A DNA stretch of 63,933 nucleotides, the filler included, from Reticulomyxa filosa (taxonomy: Eukaryota > Protista > Foraminifera): assembly GCA_000512085.1 (NCBI GenBank). It is 21 parts of 21 records of this genome, joined end to end, with 100 filler letters (N's around TTAATTAATTAA, not from the genome) between each part and the next. Parts side by side here need not be neighbours in the genome. Positions count along the whole stretch, not along the records: positions 1 to 2,020 come from ASPP01029006.1; positions 2,121 to 3,244 come from ASPP01012841.1; positions 3,345 to 9,337 come from ASPP01011067.1; positions 9,438 to 16,143 come from ASPP01005200.1; 17 more parts are not named here. The stretch is one strand, 5' to 3'. The translations under genes and the position numbers were made by a program. Under the pieces are notes generated by a model. That model saw only the letters and a list, made by a program, of their open reading frames with translations, ran no database searches and was not told the DNA's origin. Positions 1-13,363 of this stretch are shown here, piece by piece (the stretch's first letter is position 1; each line of letters opens with the position of its first letter).

Positions 1-878
1 GGCCTGGTTGCATCGAATTTTAGTTAAATTGAAAATTTATTTGTTTTTATTTTGTTTCTAAAGGTAGACAATTAATTTCATTAGATTTCTTATTTAAACG
101 TATTTTACAAGAAAAAATATGCTAGGCTTTTTTTGTATAAACAAGTAAAGCATAAAAGTTAGAACAATGTATATAAAATAGCATACGAAATGGACATAGA
201 AGAAATACTGAAATTTAAGTATACTAAGCCCCTGGCAGAACTGATGAAGGTAATGAACCCAACAATGATACCATACCAAGCAATCCTAAAACGAATAAAA
301 CCGGGAGCAAACTCAAAAATATTTGCAACACTGGCAAAAGTGTTAACTAGGAACGCGAAGTTCAATTGGCAAACAAGGGGTGCACGAGGAACAACGGAAC
401 TGATGTTTAAAAAATGTATATGATGTAAATAACAATGGGACAACCAGTCCTTTTCAGTATATTTATATGATCTTATCAAAAGAGAATTTTATACAAATGA
501 GATTTGCTCGAGATAAAATATTGCTACATCGCCTTGCGGTAATTTGAATATTTGAAGAAATAGTTAAATAAGTAGTAGATACATTGAGCTAATATCTTTT
601 TCATCATTGGATACAAATAAAAATAATAAGTTTCCTTTTTTTTTGTACTATTTTCTAATGACTTGTAAAAGAGACTGGCATTAGCAATGATGCACGATAA
701 AATGTCAAAGTACATCCGATATTATCATAATTTTATATTTTCCAGTATTATTATAGCATTTACTATAAGCAATATAAAAATTACTTTTTAATTGGATATA
801 AATGGAGTTTCACAATTTTCAGATTCAATAAAGAATAAACTCCATTTTTTTAAATAATAACAATAAAAAAATACAAAG

Positions 879-1419
879 GTGCAATTAGTTGAGGAAATGA
901 ATCGACGATGCCAGTCGGTGGATAAGAATAGTAGCAACATCCAATTGCTTCCGGGGCAGTACTTGCGCATGTCGTTGGAGGGGACGATGTTACGCAGAGG
1001 CGCAAATGTTTCGCTTTGTGCCGCTAGACCCAAAGCAACAGCAGTACGTGTCCAAGCCATTGTCTGCGACCAACTACAAGGAGATACTGTTGCAAGTATT
1101 GAAGCCTATGTACAATTGATCCTCACAAGGCCTCGCATAACATCCAATTGTTTCTAGTTTATGTGCGTGCTATTTCCAATATGTTGTTTTTTTTGTATTT
1201 TCAGACCAACAAATATATATACATATATATGTATGTATACGTGTATATGTAATGCAATAGACTACATCACTTGTTTCTATCGCCGTTCCATTCGTCTGTA
1301 CTTCGTGTGAGCGATTTGTTCAATCATTAGATGTTCAATATCATAGTGGACATGATACATTCTGGTTTAGCCCTGTGTACGGGACTATCATTCGCTTACA
1401 AACTCCCAATGAAAGCTGA
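879..1419 (+). CDS. Hypothetical spliced protein fragment
   Basis: GC-elevated exon-like blocks (879-~1109 VQLVEEMNRR..., 1261-1419 TTSLVSIAVPFVC...LQTPNES*) separated by a (TA)n-rich intron-like segment ending in TAG at 1260. No recognisable domain. Confidence 0.35.
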
Positions 1420-2020
1420 AACACCAAAGTGAAACGATCAAAATCAACACACATGCCATACTGAAAGATTGTTTTTGGTTTTTTGTTGTGACGTTTGCCT
1501 TTTATTCACTTATTTACCTATTCACAACTCGTTTCTATCGTAATACAGTTCAATCATGCATTTTCTTAGATTGTTTAGGCATCCAATAAATATGTACAAC
1601 TTTATATCATTTGTTGACCAAATTATCAAAATCTCGTCATCGGCATGATCATAATGTTCTTTGTGAATCATGAATTATACATTATGAATTATGAATTATG
1701 AATCATGAATTAAAGTTTTTAATTTATGGCTCATTTGTGAATTATGCATTATGGAATTTTCCACTGTCATTGATGTAATATTTCGACTGACAGCACAATA
1801 TAATAAACTATTCTTTGTTATTGCCTTTTTTAAACCATATAGACTTATTCCTAATAAAAATGTTGCACTTTCTTCCAATAACACAGCAATATATATTATA
1901 AATTGTACATCCCCATCAGAGTGGTCATTGCCTTTCAAATAAAATTAGAAAAATTATTAACAACTTGAAAAAAAGTGTTATACGTAAAAATTTGTACGTA
2001 AAAAGAATAAAAAAAACGAA

Positions 2021-2120
2021 NNNNNNNNNNNNNNNNNNNNNNNNNNNNNNNNNNNNNNNNNNNNTTAATTAATTAANNNNNNNNNNNNNNNNNNNNNNNN
2101 NNNNNNNNNNNNNNNNNNNN
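2021..2120. other. Artificial contig linker N44-TTAATTAATTAA-N44 (first of 20)
   Basis: Identical 100-nt block with stops in all six frames. Copies start at 2021, 3245, 9338, 16144, 21248, 23365, 26752, 30326, 33369, 41986, 44745, 45845, 47626, 48729, 50256, 52412, 53845, 59408, 61580 and 62832. Confidence 0.98.
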
Positions 2121-2123
2121 GTT

Positions 2124-2161
<38 letters not shown>

Positions 2162-2169
2162 AACAAAAC

Positions 2170-3244
2170 AGAGTCTTTGGAATTAAAAAGGAGATAAGCT
2201 TCGATCGCAAAGGTAATCCAAACGACATCATCGTGTTTGATAGAGCTTTTCCATTGGCTATCATCGACGAGCCACTTTTCAAAGCACTGACGCGTGAGCT
2301 TGTGAAAGCGTTCGAGAACGAGTTCTCTTTCACATGACTGCATCTGATTCCACCAAAGAATCCACTTTGAACGTCCCTGCACATCAGAATTAGAATTAGA
2401 ATTAGAATTAGAATTAGAAAGAGAAAGCTGTTCTTGTTTTCGCTCCTCTTTGTCGATTTTGAGTGGAAGAGCAGTCCAGCATTGCAAAGGCGTTTTGAAA
2501 TGGATGGCCATGGGACGATGATCGTCATTCATGCCTCCGAGGATGTGGATGGACGAGTGATCGGGAGGGGACAGCACAGCGACGCCTCCGCAGAAGGGAG
2601 AAGGCAAGGTGTGCCTGGACTTGGTCCACGTGTCGTTGGCAATGGAATAGCAATGGATGGCATCGGTCTTCTTCTTAGTGGCTAGGTTGCATCCGCCAAA
2701 GAATAAAATATGGCCATCGATACATTCAAAGGCATAATATTTGAGCGGGGCAATGTCATTACATACATTCAATTGTTTGTAAGTAAACGTTTGCGTTTGC
2801 TCATCGAATCGAATGCAAAGTCCCGTTTGCAAACAAAATAACACCATGATATCACATTGACCTTCGATTGGTCTTTTCACCAGACAATGATAACCCAATC
2901 CATATTCATGCGGCTTCATTGGCAATCTCTCATTCATTATCGTTGTCACAAATTCCATTTTGCTCAAATCAAACACATCCATGTTCTTTGGAAAACGACT
3001 GATAAATAACAAATTATCATCCTTCCCACCGATCACTGCACGCACTCCTTTGTAGCTGTGCTCGTCTTTACTTATCACAATCTTCTTATTATTACTGTCT
3101 GTCAAATCTATCCATTCATTCCATGCATGTTCGCCTTTGCTCTCATTCTTCCACACGCTTGCATATTTCAACACCAATGTATGACTGAAACATCCTCCAA
3201 ATGATATCAATGTACATTCACCTCCTTTGCTATTGCTATTGCTA
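2170..3244 (-). CDS. Kelch-like beta-propeller protein, lineage-expanded family (partial)
   Basis: ORF 2065..3210 has SFGG..HTLVLKY, VRAVIGG, YHCLV, ILFFGG..DAIHCYSIANDTW and IHILGG (GG...Y...W Kelch pattern). An (SN)n linker and a C-terminal KWILWWN...FEKWL...W module follow. Confidence 0.8.
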
Positions 3245-6200
3245 NNNNNNNNNNNNNNNNNNNNNNNNNNNNNNNNNNNNNNNNNNNNTTAATTAATTAA
3301 NNNNNNNNNNNNNNNNNNNNNNNNNNNNNNNNNNNNNNNNNNNNTGTAAAAATGACCAAATTCGGTGGAGGAGTTGTCTACGACAACAGAAAGCAAGAAG
3401 ATTGAGATGATAAGAAGGGGGGGGGGGGTGAAGAGGACAAAAAGAATTCCGAACATACATCGTGTTGGATTTTTTTTTGTTTATGAAAATAACCAACCGA
3501 CCAACTTTGTTAAATTTGGCTATGTCATCATTTTTCATGCCCGGAAGCGCGCAAAGTCGCCACTCGCAGGTGTCTATCAACGTCCAATATCGTGCATCAA
3601 TGGAAAAGTATAAACGAATGCGGCAATTTCAAATAATGGCAGTCCAAGGCATCGTAACGAACATTTACAATCAATATATGCGCATAAAAATCGCTGCTGG
3701 CGATTGTTGGAGCGGCATAGCACCAAAGAGGACGTCGACATGCAATCGATAGGCACCAACGAACAAGGAACAATTTGCGTTAACAAAATTAGCGTAATTT
3801 CCATAACGACGAGATTGCCGAAACTGGTCGTGTGATTGCGCATGCAAAACTTGTATTTTGAATAGTCAGCTCGCGAAACATTAGACATTATTGACCAGTT
3901 AAGAAATAGATAGAGCTTGCACATCTTCCGACTCCATCGCCGCAAGAGTATTGGGTCTTGAGTTTGTCAAGAAAGATCATATTATCTTTGTCGAACTGCA
4001 ATCTACTGGCTCCAATGAGCAAGGGAAACTCGATTGTTATGAAAATGGCGCCAATTTTATAAACGGAGCACAATAATCGAAACGATATTGGGCAATTGTG
4101 TCAAAACGATCATGTGCTTGCTCATATGCGCAAATTTGAATTTTGAATCTTGTTCGTGCTGATGGAAGGAATCATAAGCTTGCAATCAACATTGAGCATT
4201 GATAATTGGTGAATAGATAAAGATTTTGCAGTGATGCAGTCAGAAAACGCAATAAATTGTGTGACTTGCATTTGTCGAAAGAGCGCATGTAATCTTTGCT
4301 AAATTATCTCAGGGATCGACTATTGACTACGGGCAGCGTGTTGAATGATACTCAAAGAAAGCAAGCAAGAAGAATAATAGCGAATATGTCAAAAAAAAGG
4401 AAATACAAGTGATACCATCAGTCATCTAATCGTCAATACAAAAATTGTTGAATGGACGTATGGTGGTGGATGCGAGAATTTTCAAACGACAATCATCCAA
4501 TGTCAAAGTATGTATCTCATCACAAGGGTGACAAGAGCGAATGAAGTTAGCATTTTAGAAAATATCCATTGTATGACTGCATTTGAGCAACTGGAAAAGA
4601 TTGTACCAGTTCAATCGTCGATGGTTTGGATCTTGCTCTGTCCGACTACGAAGACAAGCTCATCAAAAGAAAGAAAAAAAGATGTGATAATATCGCTCAA
4701 ATATATGATATTGGTATCGCAACAACAACAGCGACTGGATTGGTAGAAGAAATGAAAGACAAAGAAGAAGATAGCACGGACGTTGTAGATCTTATGCATT
4801 AACTAATTTTACATAATGCGCCCCCAATGGAAACTTCTTGACAGTTGTGACAATGTCAAGTGCGGCACCAGTGACACCTGTAATGATGACAACAAAGCGC
4901 AGTCCATGTCCTCGTTTACTTATTTCAATTGTTCAATACATTGGACTGATGTTGTGTGCACCAAAATTTGGGGCCAATGCCATATTCCACGATTTGCTTT
5001 GGTGCAAGAAGAGCTAATGTTGTGCACATTTGCTACAAAAGGAACAACATTGAATCAGTCGATAATTGGATCGACGATTCAAAAGCCGGTCTATTATTTA
5101 TCAAATCGAGAAAAAAGTTTGGATATTGGCAATGCGTTGGTGGCGCTGGGCCTGCTGGGTATATACATGAACAACATTTATGCCAGCAGTTGAGCCCTTC
5201 CTTTCAACACAGGCTTGCTGTTATTTGGTTGGCCATTTAGTGCGCCTGTTCCAACTTCCTGTTACCTGTTATAATTGTGTTTGGGCTCATTGCTTGAAAA
5301 CATTTTTTATATGTACAATTTTTTTTATATATGTGCATGTTCGAACTAATCGCAACATCTTTATGTATATTGATTATTTATTTGTATGTATGTGATATGT
5401 GTTGCTTGAAATTTGTTAATAGATATTTCAAGATGTATCAATGAAGTTTTGTAATGTGGATGGACACGTTTTTGCTATTTACATTGTCATTTGTGTTGCA
5501 GCGCGTTCACAGCGCCTCATTATCGAATGTTGCTGAGGAAATCTAATGTCAAATCATTGAAGCTGCACTACAACGCACGTGCCTGTCATTTCTCCAATAC
5601 ATTTATTTGTTTATTATGGAACAAGTATCTATAGCGACGGTGTGCATCAAATATTGGTCATTGTTTGTGTTTTGAATAACGTGTGCGATTTGGAAAAAAA
5701 ATGGTCCATGTGTACTGCAGGTCATGAGGATTGAAAGTGGTAAGTTGATGGTTATGACGATTATGTGCGCAACCATATTCCAAGTTATAATGTTTTTTTA
5801 TGATGTGATTAAAGTATATATGATCAATACACACGTACATAACATAGGTCCCAAAGAATACAATAACTGTGAAAAGTGGTTGTTGTGGTTGCAGTGCCAG
5901 TGAACAAGAGTGAAACGAAGTGCAAACAGCGGCATATTAATCGCAAGTATTTAACACGCTCCAATTTTTTTTATTGAAAAAATTTGTCTTTTTCTGGATT
6001 GTAGTTCGTTTTGTTTCTTTTTAATATCCTACCTCCACCTCACTTAATTTCTTTATTAAATTATGCTCATCGTAAAAAATTTCTGAACTTTAATATTAAG
6101 TCTAAAGAAAGCGCGTAAGACTGTGCGAAATAGGAATTGATTTTGCCACTATTCGTGGCAAAAAAAGATTTCGAGTAGGAGTAGACGACAGGAAAGAATA

Positions 6201-8045
6201 CGTATGACAGAAAGGAACAAGAAGATGATAAAGATAATGGCGAGAAAGAAAAGAACTGTCCAACTTTTTTATTTCTAAAGGCTAACTGTAATAACAGTTA
6301 TTCAAGTTAGTTTGAAAAAAAAAGCAAAAGTGTTTTAGAAACAATTGAAACGATTGATAAACGTTAAAAGATTTAAGTCCTTGACGTTACTTTTGTATGT
6401 TATTGTCCAGGTGTTTGTGGTGGCATGGGCTTAAATGTTTTTTTCGTCAATATTTTTTTTTAACATTCATGAGCTTTGGAACCTCCAAATGTAAGTTTCA
6501 GTTCATTTTTACCAACGCTTTTGAAGGTGTTGCCACAAGTCCGAACAACTTCAACAATGGTGGACGTACGCATCATAATGAATGATACTGTTATTATTTT
6601 TCTGCCGTTTATTCCATGACTCCGGCGTAAGACATGCCTTAAAAGTCGTGTACGTGCGATATTCATCTGATCAGCAATGCAAACACAGCGCCGAAGTCGA
6701 CTGCGTATAATTCAAGTGCACTGGGATCTTTGCACGAAAAAGGTTTCCTGAAAGTTCCATTCATCAAAAATTTTTTGCAATTGGGTGCGAATTATGATAC
6801 CACAACAATAGTGTTCATTATTTTCACCTTTTTATACATATGTAATATAAATTAATGATATGGTCGAACCATCTCAAAAAAAAAATTTCCTTTTCCTTTG
6901 GAAAAAACGAAACTGTTCCAAAGTTTTTCTAAATATGTGTTTTCCTTTCATCTGCGGTGCGAACGTTTTGCCGTAATGCTTCCCTCGAAGGCCAAATGCA
7001 AATTTGATGTGCTTGTTGATTTTATCTTTTTCACCGTTGCATTTTCAATCTCCGAAATATCTTCACAACTTGCTGTTGGGACAGCGTCTCGTTCAACAAC
7101 AACTTACCACTGTACATAAGTACATCTTCGATCAAAAAGTCGTGTCCATGAAAAGACTCCACAAATTGCCTTCAAATATCGTTGCACTGCTTTTTTTTTT
7201 TGAAGTTTCAAAAAAACTTGTGACGGAAGCCCTTGTTCGACGAGCCATCAGAACTCATGATATTAACTCTGTTGTATGAACCATCATCGACTTGGCAGTA
7301 TTCAAACAAATTGATGCGATGTTGTAATGTGTAATTTTGAAAAACTGAAGCGATGATAAAGTGTTATGTGATGGCAATCCGCCGTTTTCGCAACAGACAA
7401 CAAATGACTCCTTTTCAACAACAAGCATCCAATACTGGAGATTATCCGTTATATTGCAGATGTAAAACTTTCATAGTGATTCAAATAGTCCAAATTCTCC
7501 TTATCTATCGTTACCTCACGGGCCATTCGCAAGTATTCCTGAACAAAACTTAATTTTATTGTTTAACATTTTTTTGATTGCATACGTGAATGAAATGAAC
7601 ATACATAATATTATCACTTTTTATCGAAAAAATTATGTTTAGTTTTGTAGTAGTTGCTAGAATATGATAATATGAAATCATTTCTAAATTGTTTGTTGGA
7701 TAAAAAAGACAACATTTGATGATAATTTTGAGATACTTTATTGGTACATTTGTAGAGTTGCGGCGTAACAAATTAGAAAATAAACATCATTGAATTGAAT
7801 TTCCAATATATTTATGTTGTCCTAAGTTGGTCAAAGAAAGTATACGATATTTTCGATTTTTTCAAAAAAATCGAATAACATTTGTTTGATACAAATTTGA
7901 GATTTGAGGACCATGTGTATCTGATTAGCAATTAATTCCAACATAGCAGCATTCTGTTCCAGCGGCAAGTAAATAGTGATTTTCTGGAGTCAAATAACAC
8001 GCCATATTTGGAATCTGATTGGAGGCTTGCTGCTATTCACCAGGG

Positions 8046-9113
8046 CTACCTTGCTTCCGATGACTCTATCCTCGTATTCGGAGTACATCGAAAATGGTGT
8101 GTCACTCCTTTCTTTTTGATTTCCTTTGAAGGCGTAACTGGAGACGTCACTCTGGAATGTTTTTGGGTTTCAAGCGTCCAAACCATTTCTTTCTTTCCAG
8201 AATTGTATAATCTATATTCTCGCATCAAATACAAGCAAAGAAATATTTTTTAAAAGAAAAGTTTGAAGCTACTTCTTTTTTTTTTTAATTTGTTTATTTA
8301 GAATGAGTAAAGTCAGAACCTTGTTGAAATTGGACATGTTCTCTTTTTTCAATTTGCTTTGAAATCATTTCGATAACAGATGTTTGGAACAACGGAAATC
8401 GACCCATAATCACATAGGTGTCAGAGATTGCAAGATTGTATCGACACGCCAGCAATCAAAAGTTGTGTTTTTATTTTTATTTTTTAAAAAGCAAGAGTGT
8501 ACACACAAACATAAATATATTTGTACTTATATTTACATATATGTATATGTTTAAAAAAAAATACCTTTCTATTGTTAGTTAATTCAACTCGATCACCGAC
8601 GACACAGTCACGAGTAATTGAGTAGTGTGGGTCATTATAGTGATTTCTTGTACGATCTTGCACTTGCCAGATCATCGACAGTTCATTCACATTATTGTTG
8701 TCTACAGGTGTGCTGTCGTCAAAGTCGGCGAATCGACGATTGTGAGTGGCAAAATAGCCTTTTGCGATTTGGTCCAATGCAGCTTTATTTACGAAAGATA
8801 TGTGAAGAGGCAGGTTCGTGGTGTCTCTTTGTCAAATGTCGTCTTCATTCTGTTCGTCCAGCTGTGCAACATTCTCAGAATCTGTTGTCATTGTCATCGG
8901 TTCTTCTTTCTGTTTCAAGATACCTCTCTCTTGGAGTATGCTGCGGTCTTGACGCACATTCGGTAGCCACTGTAGCATATCCGTCACTGATCGCAATTGT
9001 GATGTCATGTCTTTCTTTTTGAGGATTCCTTTTTTCATCAAGTTACTTTGGAGTCTTGGCTTTAAAAACAATTGCAAACTTTGTCGGTTTTCATTAAGTT
9101 GGCTTCTTTCCAC
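8046..9113 (-). CDS. Hypothetical spliced protein, possibly degenerate
   Basis: Exon-like ORFs 8832..9113, 8563..8777 (ends VVGDRVELTNNRK then a GT donor) and 8046..8234. Frames do not join cleanly. Confidence 0.3.
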
Positions 9114-9485
9114 TGTTGGAGATTCTATGGGAGAGTCCTTTTCTTATTTTGCGTTGTATCTTTTTGATAAGAGACCAAAGCTTTAAAAAATAAATACATT
9201 ATATTTGCTAATTCGATCCAACGTTCAGAAATTATAATTTTGTCAAATATTTTTGTTGCAATGGTAGCAAGCCCCTTTTTTTTTTGGTGCTGCTGAAGAT
9301 TTACATGTTTTGATAATGTATCATCGGATTGATTGTGNNNNNNNNNNNNNNNNNNNNNNNNNNNNNNNNNNNNNNNNNNNNTTAATTAATTAANNNNNNN
9401 NNNNNNNNNNNNNNNNNNNNNNNNNNNNNNNNNNNNNTTCTTTTTCTTTTCTTTTGTTATTGCTTTGTTTTGATTTTATTTGTTA

Positions 9486-10416
9486 GTCGTGACAAGCTAT
9501 TTGAATATAAGGACTTGTCGGCGATGGCGATATTGCAAAAGTATCCCAAGCACGAAACAGATATTCAATCATTAACTAACACTGCTCGAAAGATTCAACA
9601 AGGCCTGATTAAATTGGAATTTGACAAGGAACTGCACACTCAATTGGCGAGTGAAGAGGTGTGCGACTTGGTGAAAGAGGCCAACAAAATGTTTCGACAC
9701 ATTGACCAAAAGAGCTCCCCGTCCTGGCAAAACGAAAACAATCAAATAATCGAAACACGGAAAACCACATTGGAAGAATTAATTAGTGATAGCAATCCAG
9801 GCATTCGTGTTCCTGGATATTGCCATTTGACTCCACAAGATAAAGCGCACATTCAAGAAATCCTGTTCTATGCTTATCGATACTCGATGCCCAGTCAACA
9901 TCCCATGCGAATGGGGTATTTGGTCAAACGGGGAAGTGGTAAACAGGGTTTTTTTAGTCGCCAGTCTTTGAAATTACGCTGGTTTGTCATTGAAAATCAA
10001 ACTCTAGCGTATTATAAAGTTTATTATTTGTTTGTGCATTTCACACATACAAAAAAATTCATCAAGTCCAATGCACAGTAACAACACTTGATATATTTCT
10101 CTGAACATGCAAACAGAACTTTAAAGCTTATCAAAACAAAGAAGATCCATTGCGATTACCTATCACGTTGAAAGGACGAGCTGTTCGAGTGGTTAATAAA
10201 GATCTGCTATGCTTTGAAATATCTGGCGTACAGTTGAGTTGTTTGCTTTTTTATTTTCTTGTTACAAATAAAATAAATCAAAAACGGTCCATAATTGAAT
10301 GGAATAGAATTTCAAAAAGAGCCTATTTGTTATTTGCAGAGACTTTTCAAGACTTTGTGTTATGGCTGCATGCTCTAACATTTTGTGCTGATAAAAAACT
10401 TAATGAATTGATGTAA
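9486..10416 (+). CDS. PH-domain protein (3' part)
   Basis: Spliced sequence reads MGYLVKRGSG...LKLRWFVIENQTLAYYK|NFKAY...PITL...FEI...|ISKRAYLLFAETFQDFVLWLHAL, including the C-terminal helix Trp of a PH domain. GT-AG introns at 10019-10116 and ~10233-10307. Confidence 0.85.
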
Positions 10417-10918
10417 GACAATCGTTTATTTTTTCAATATTTTTGTCGTGTGTTATGTCTTTTTTAAGTAAATTTTTTTCGCCAAAATGTTGCATATTGT
10501 TTGATTTTACTGGAATTATAAAAAATGAATATGAATAGAAAATAATTAATTTGTGTTGTTTGTTTAATTATTTAACAACCAATATATTTTTTGACAAAAG
10601 TTAATCAAGTAAGTGATTGGTACGATCATTTTGTAAGACAATTGAAACGATTTTGTGGAGGAACAAAACAACAACAACAAAAAATGCAATAAATTCTAAA
10701 TGATGGCAGAAGAAGACTAAACGCTTCACACTCAACAGAGTTTAAAATTTTGTTAAACACAAAAAAATGCAACAATTCCAATGCTGGTGCTCTTGAAGAT
10801 CAAGTTAAAACGGGGAAAAGAAAAAAACAACCAACAAGGCAAAACAGAAAATATTTTCTTTACACAGCAAGAGAGAGCGAGTGAAAAATAAAAAGAAAAA
10901 AAAGAAAAACCAAATAAC

Positions 10919-13331
10919 TTACTCAATTTTCCAACAAAAAATGCTCTTGTCATTTCCATTGACAGTTACTAAGTGATGTTCATCCTTCAAGAAAAACAAG
11001 GATGTCACCGGAGTAGAGTGATGTAAAGCACAGAACAAGGGTTGTTTTGTAAGGGTAGGGTATGTATGTAATCGAACAATACCAAATTTATCACCAGAAG
11101 CAGCGAGAGACCGATCAATTAAGCAATCTCCATCATTAAGTTCGTCTTCTTTCCATCCCTCCTGATAAAGTCCTTGCAAAGACCAATTAGTAAGTGGAAG
11201 CTTTGGCCACCATTCTATGGTCCAAGGAGGAAGTGCTGTGGCTGGCTTCAAAATATTTTCGCTCATTGCCATATTGAAATATTGTGTTTCATATTTTCTG
11301 TCAATATTAATAAGATTTGTACAACAGCAAAGTGAAAGTGTGTATTACACATATATATATGTACATATACGAATTTATAAACACGTGCAAAGTGTAACTC
11401 AGAAATAACGCAAAGCCACAAATTGTCTTTACTCATATACATATGAGAAATATGATCGCGCATTTGGATAGCATCCAGATCCCACAAGGAAAACTGCCGT
11501 TTTCCTTTGCGCAAATCCAAAATGTAGCCTTTTCTGCCGTAGCCAATGGCACACAGTTTGCCATTGAAAGACGAGCAAATGACTTTGATGATAGGGAGCT
11601 CTGATTTTTGAGGGGCTTGTTTCAAAATGATCGAAGGTTTTTTGGCATGATTGGACGAGGTTTCATTTGGAATGAACAGCGCTTTGATTAATTTGAAGGG
11701 CTGTATCAAATAGATTAGCAATTTGTTTGTAGTTGTTCCGACAATCAAGTACTTGTTATCGCACGTCCATCCAATCGCAGACACTTTTCCACTGCTATTG
11801 CGAATGCTGTATGTTTGCTCACAAACAGCATTCATATGCATCGCATCAAAATTCCATACACGAACAATACCATTCTGACAAACAGTTGCGTGTTTGGTTG
11901 GATCGCTCACCCCGACCAATTGCGAGTCTACAATTTCTTCGCCATGTCCAGTCACCATGGGTTTGATACGGCAATATCTAAGTTGAGGCTTGGGGATCAC
12001 ACATGCATACACACACATATGTCCAGTCAGTCAATCAAAAAAAAAAAAAAAAAAAAAAAAAGAGATAATACCTTATCTGAAAACTTTTCGATAACGACAA
12101 TATCACATTCATTGGTGCCAATGATCAACTGTTCTTTGGATCGATTGTATACACAAGCGTGCGCTCCTCCTCCAATTTTGTATTTCGGCATTTGGAATTT
12201 GTCTTCCAGCTTGACCCGCAGAGATGCTTTCAGTTTGCGGAAAGTAGTGCGTGGTGTTTGCTTGGCAAAGTTGTACGACTCTCCAAAAGATTGCTGCGAT
12301 TGCTGCAACACGCCACGACTCAAGTTGGTCATTTCCCACAGTTTCCAAAGTCCATCTCCGCCGGCAGTAATGAAGCCGCAAGGATGACTACTAATGGCCG
12401 CCAAATACTTGGAGTGCGCGGCATAAGACATTATGGCTTGGTTTTGCGAGCACAAATATAAATAACCGCTGTCTCCACCCAACACATAAAACCCGTCCGT
12501 GTTCGGCAAGAAATAGCCGCAATGGAATGCGTTTTCTTTTTTTTTCATTGGCTTCATGTCAATGGGCTGCATTTCCACAACATACTCGCCAATACTGTCC
12601 TTGTTCGCGTCGGGCTTGGGTTCCAAACGAGTCGTCGCTTGCTTCCGTGTGTAGCAATGATATGCCCCATTTTCGCCATACACCACAAACTCATCCACAC
12701 GTTGTCCGCTCATGTCCACTACATCATTGAAGTGCATGCCAAATATCTTTGTCCCAAAACAAACGATGAAGATCACATTTGTTATGTGTTGGATTGACAT
12801 TACAGAATTGGATAACATATACATATACACACACACACACACACACAAACTTTGTCTTTTGGGAGGGATATTCTAATGACAGGGTCTTTGGAATTCATCA
12901 TATGAAATGCGAATAAAGTGTTATCCTCTTTGCCTCTCAAAATGCAGTATAAAAAGTTGGAAGCTGGCGAAAATCGCAAATGATACACGTTTGTTTTGAA
13001 ATCCGCATTTGTGATTTTCCCAAGTCGACGAAGCGTCGTCGTGTCCCACAGATGAATTGCTACCTTTTTTTTTATTTTCGAAACAATGAGAAAGATGCAT
13101 GCTATATAAATGCATCGCTTTTGAAAAAAAAAAAGATTTTTTACCTTGGAATCCGCAGAACGAGGCAATCTGCTGACACTGGCCATGTATGGAAGCGTCG
13201 GATGAGCGCAAAGGCTCGTAATAGGAGTATTATGACGTGTGTACAATTTTTGTTGTCCAGTGGCTAAATTGTGGATTACGACGACGGATGAAACATTGTA
13301 TACAATCTAGAGAATAGGAGGGAGAAACATG

Positions 13332-13363
<32 letters not shown>

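Noticed and set aside
1665-1712. (ATGAATT)n heptamer run
   Set aside because: It is a short degenerate simple repeat without spacers or associated genes.
8046-8600. CAP-Gly domain suggested by VGDRVEL
   Set aside because: No GKNDG-like motif or G-x-V-x-[FY]-x-G could be assembled from the downstream exons.
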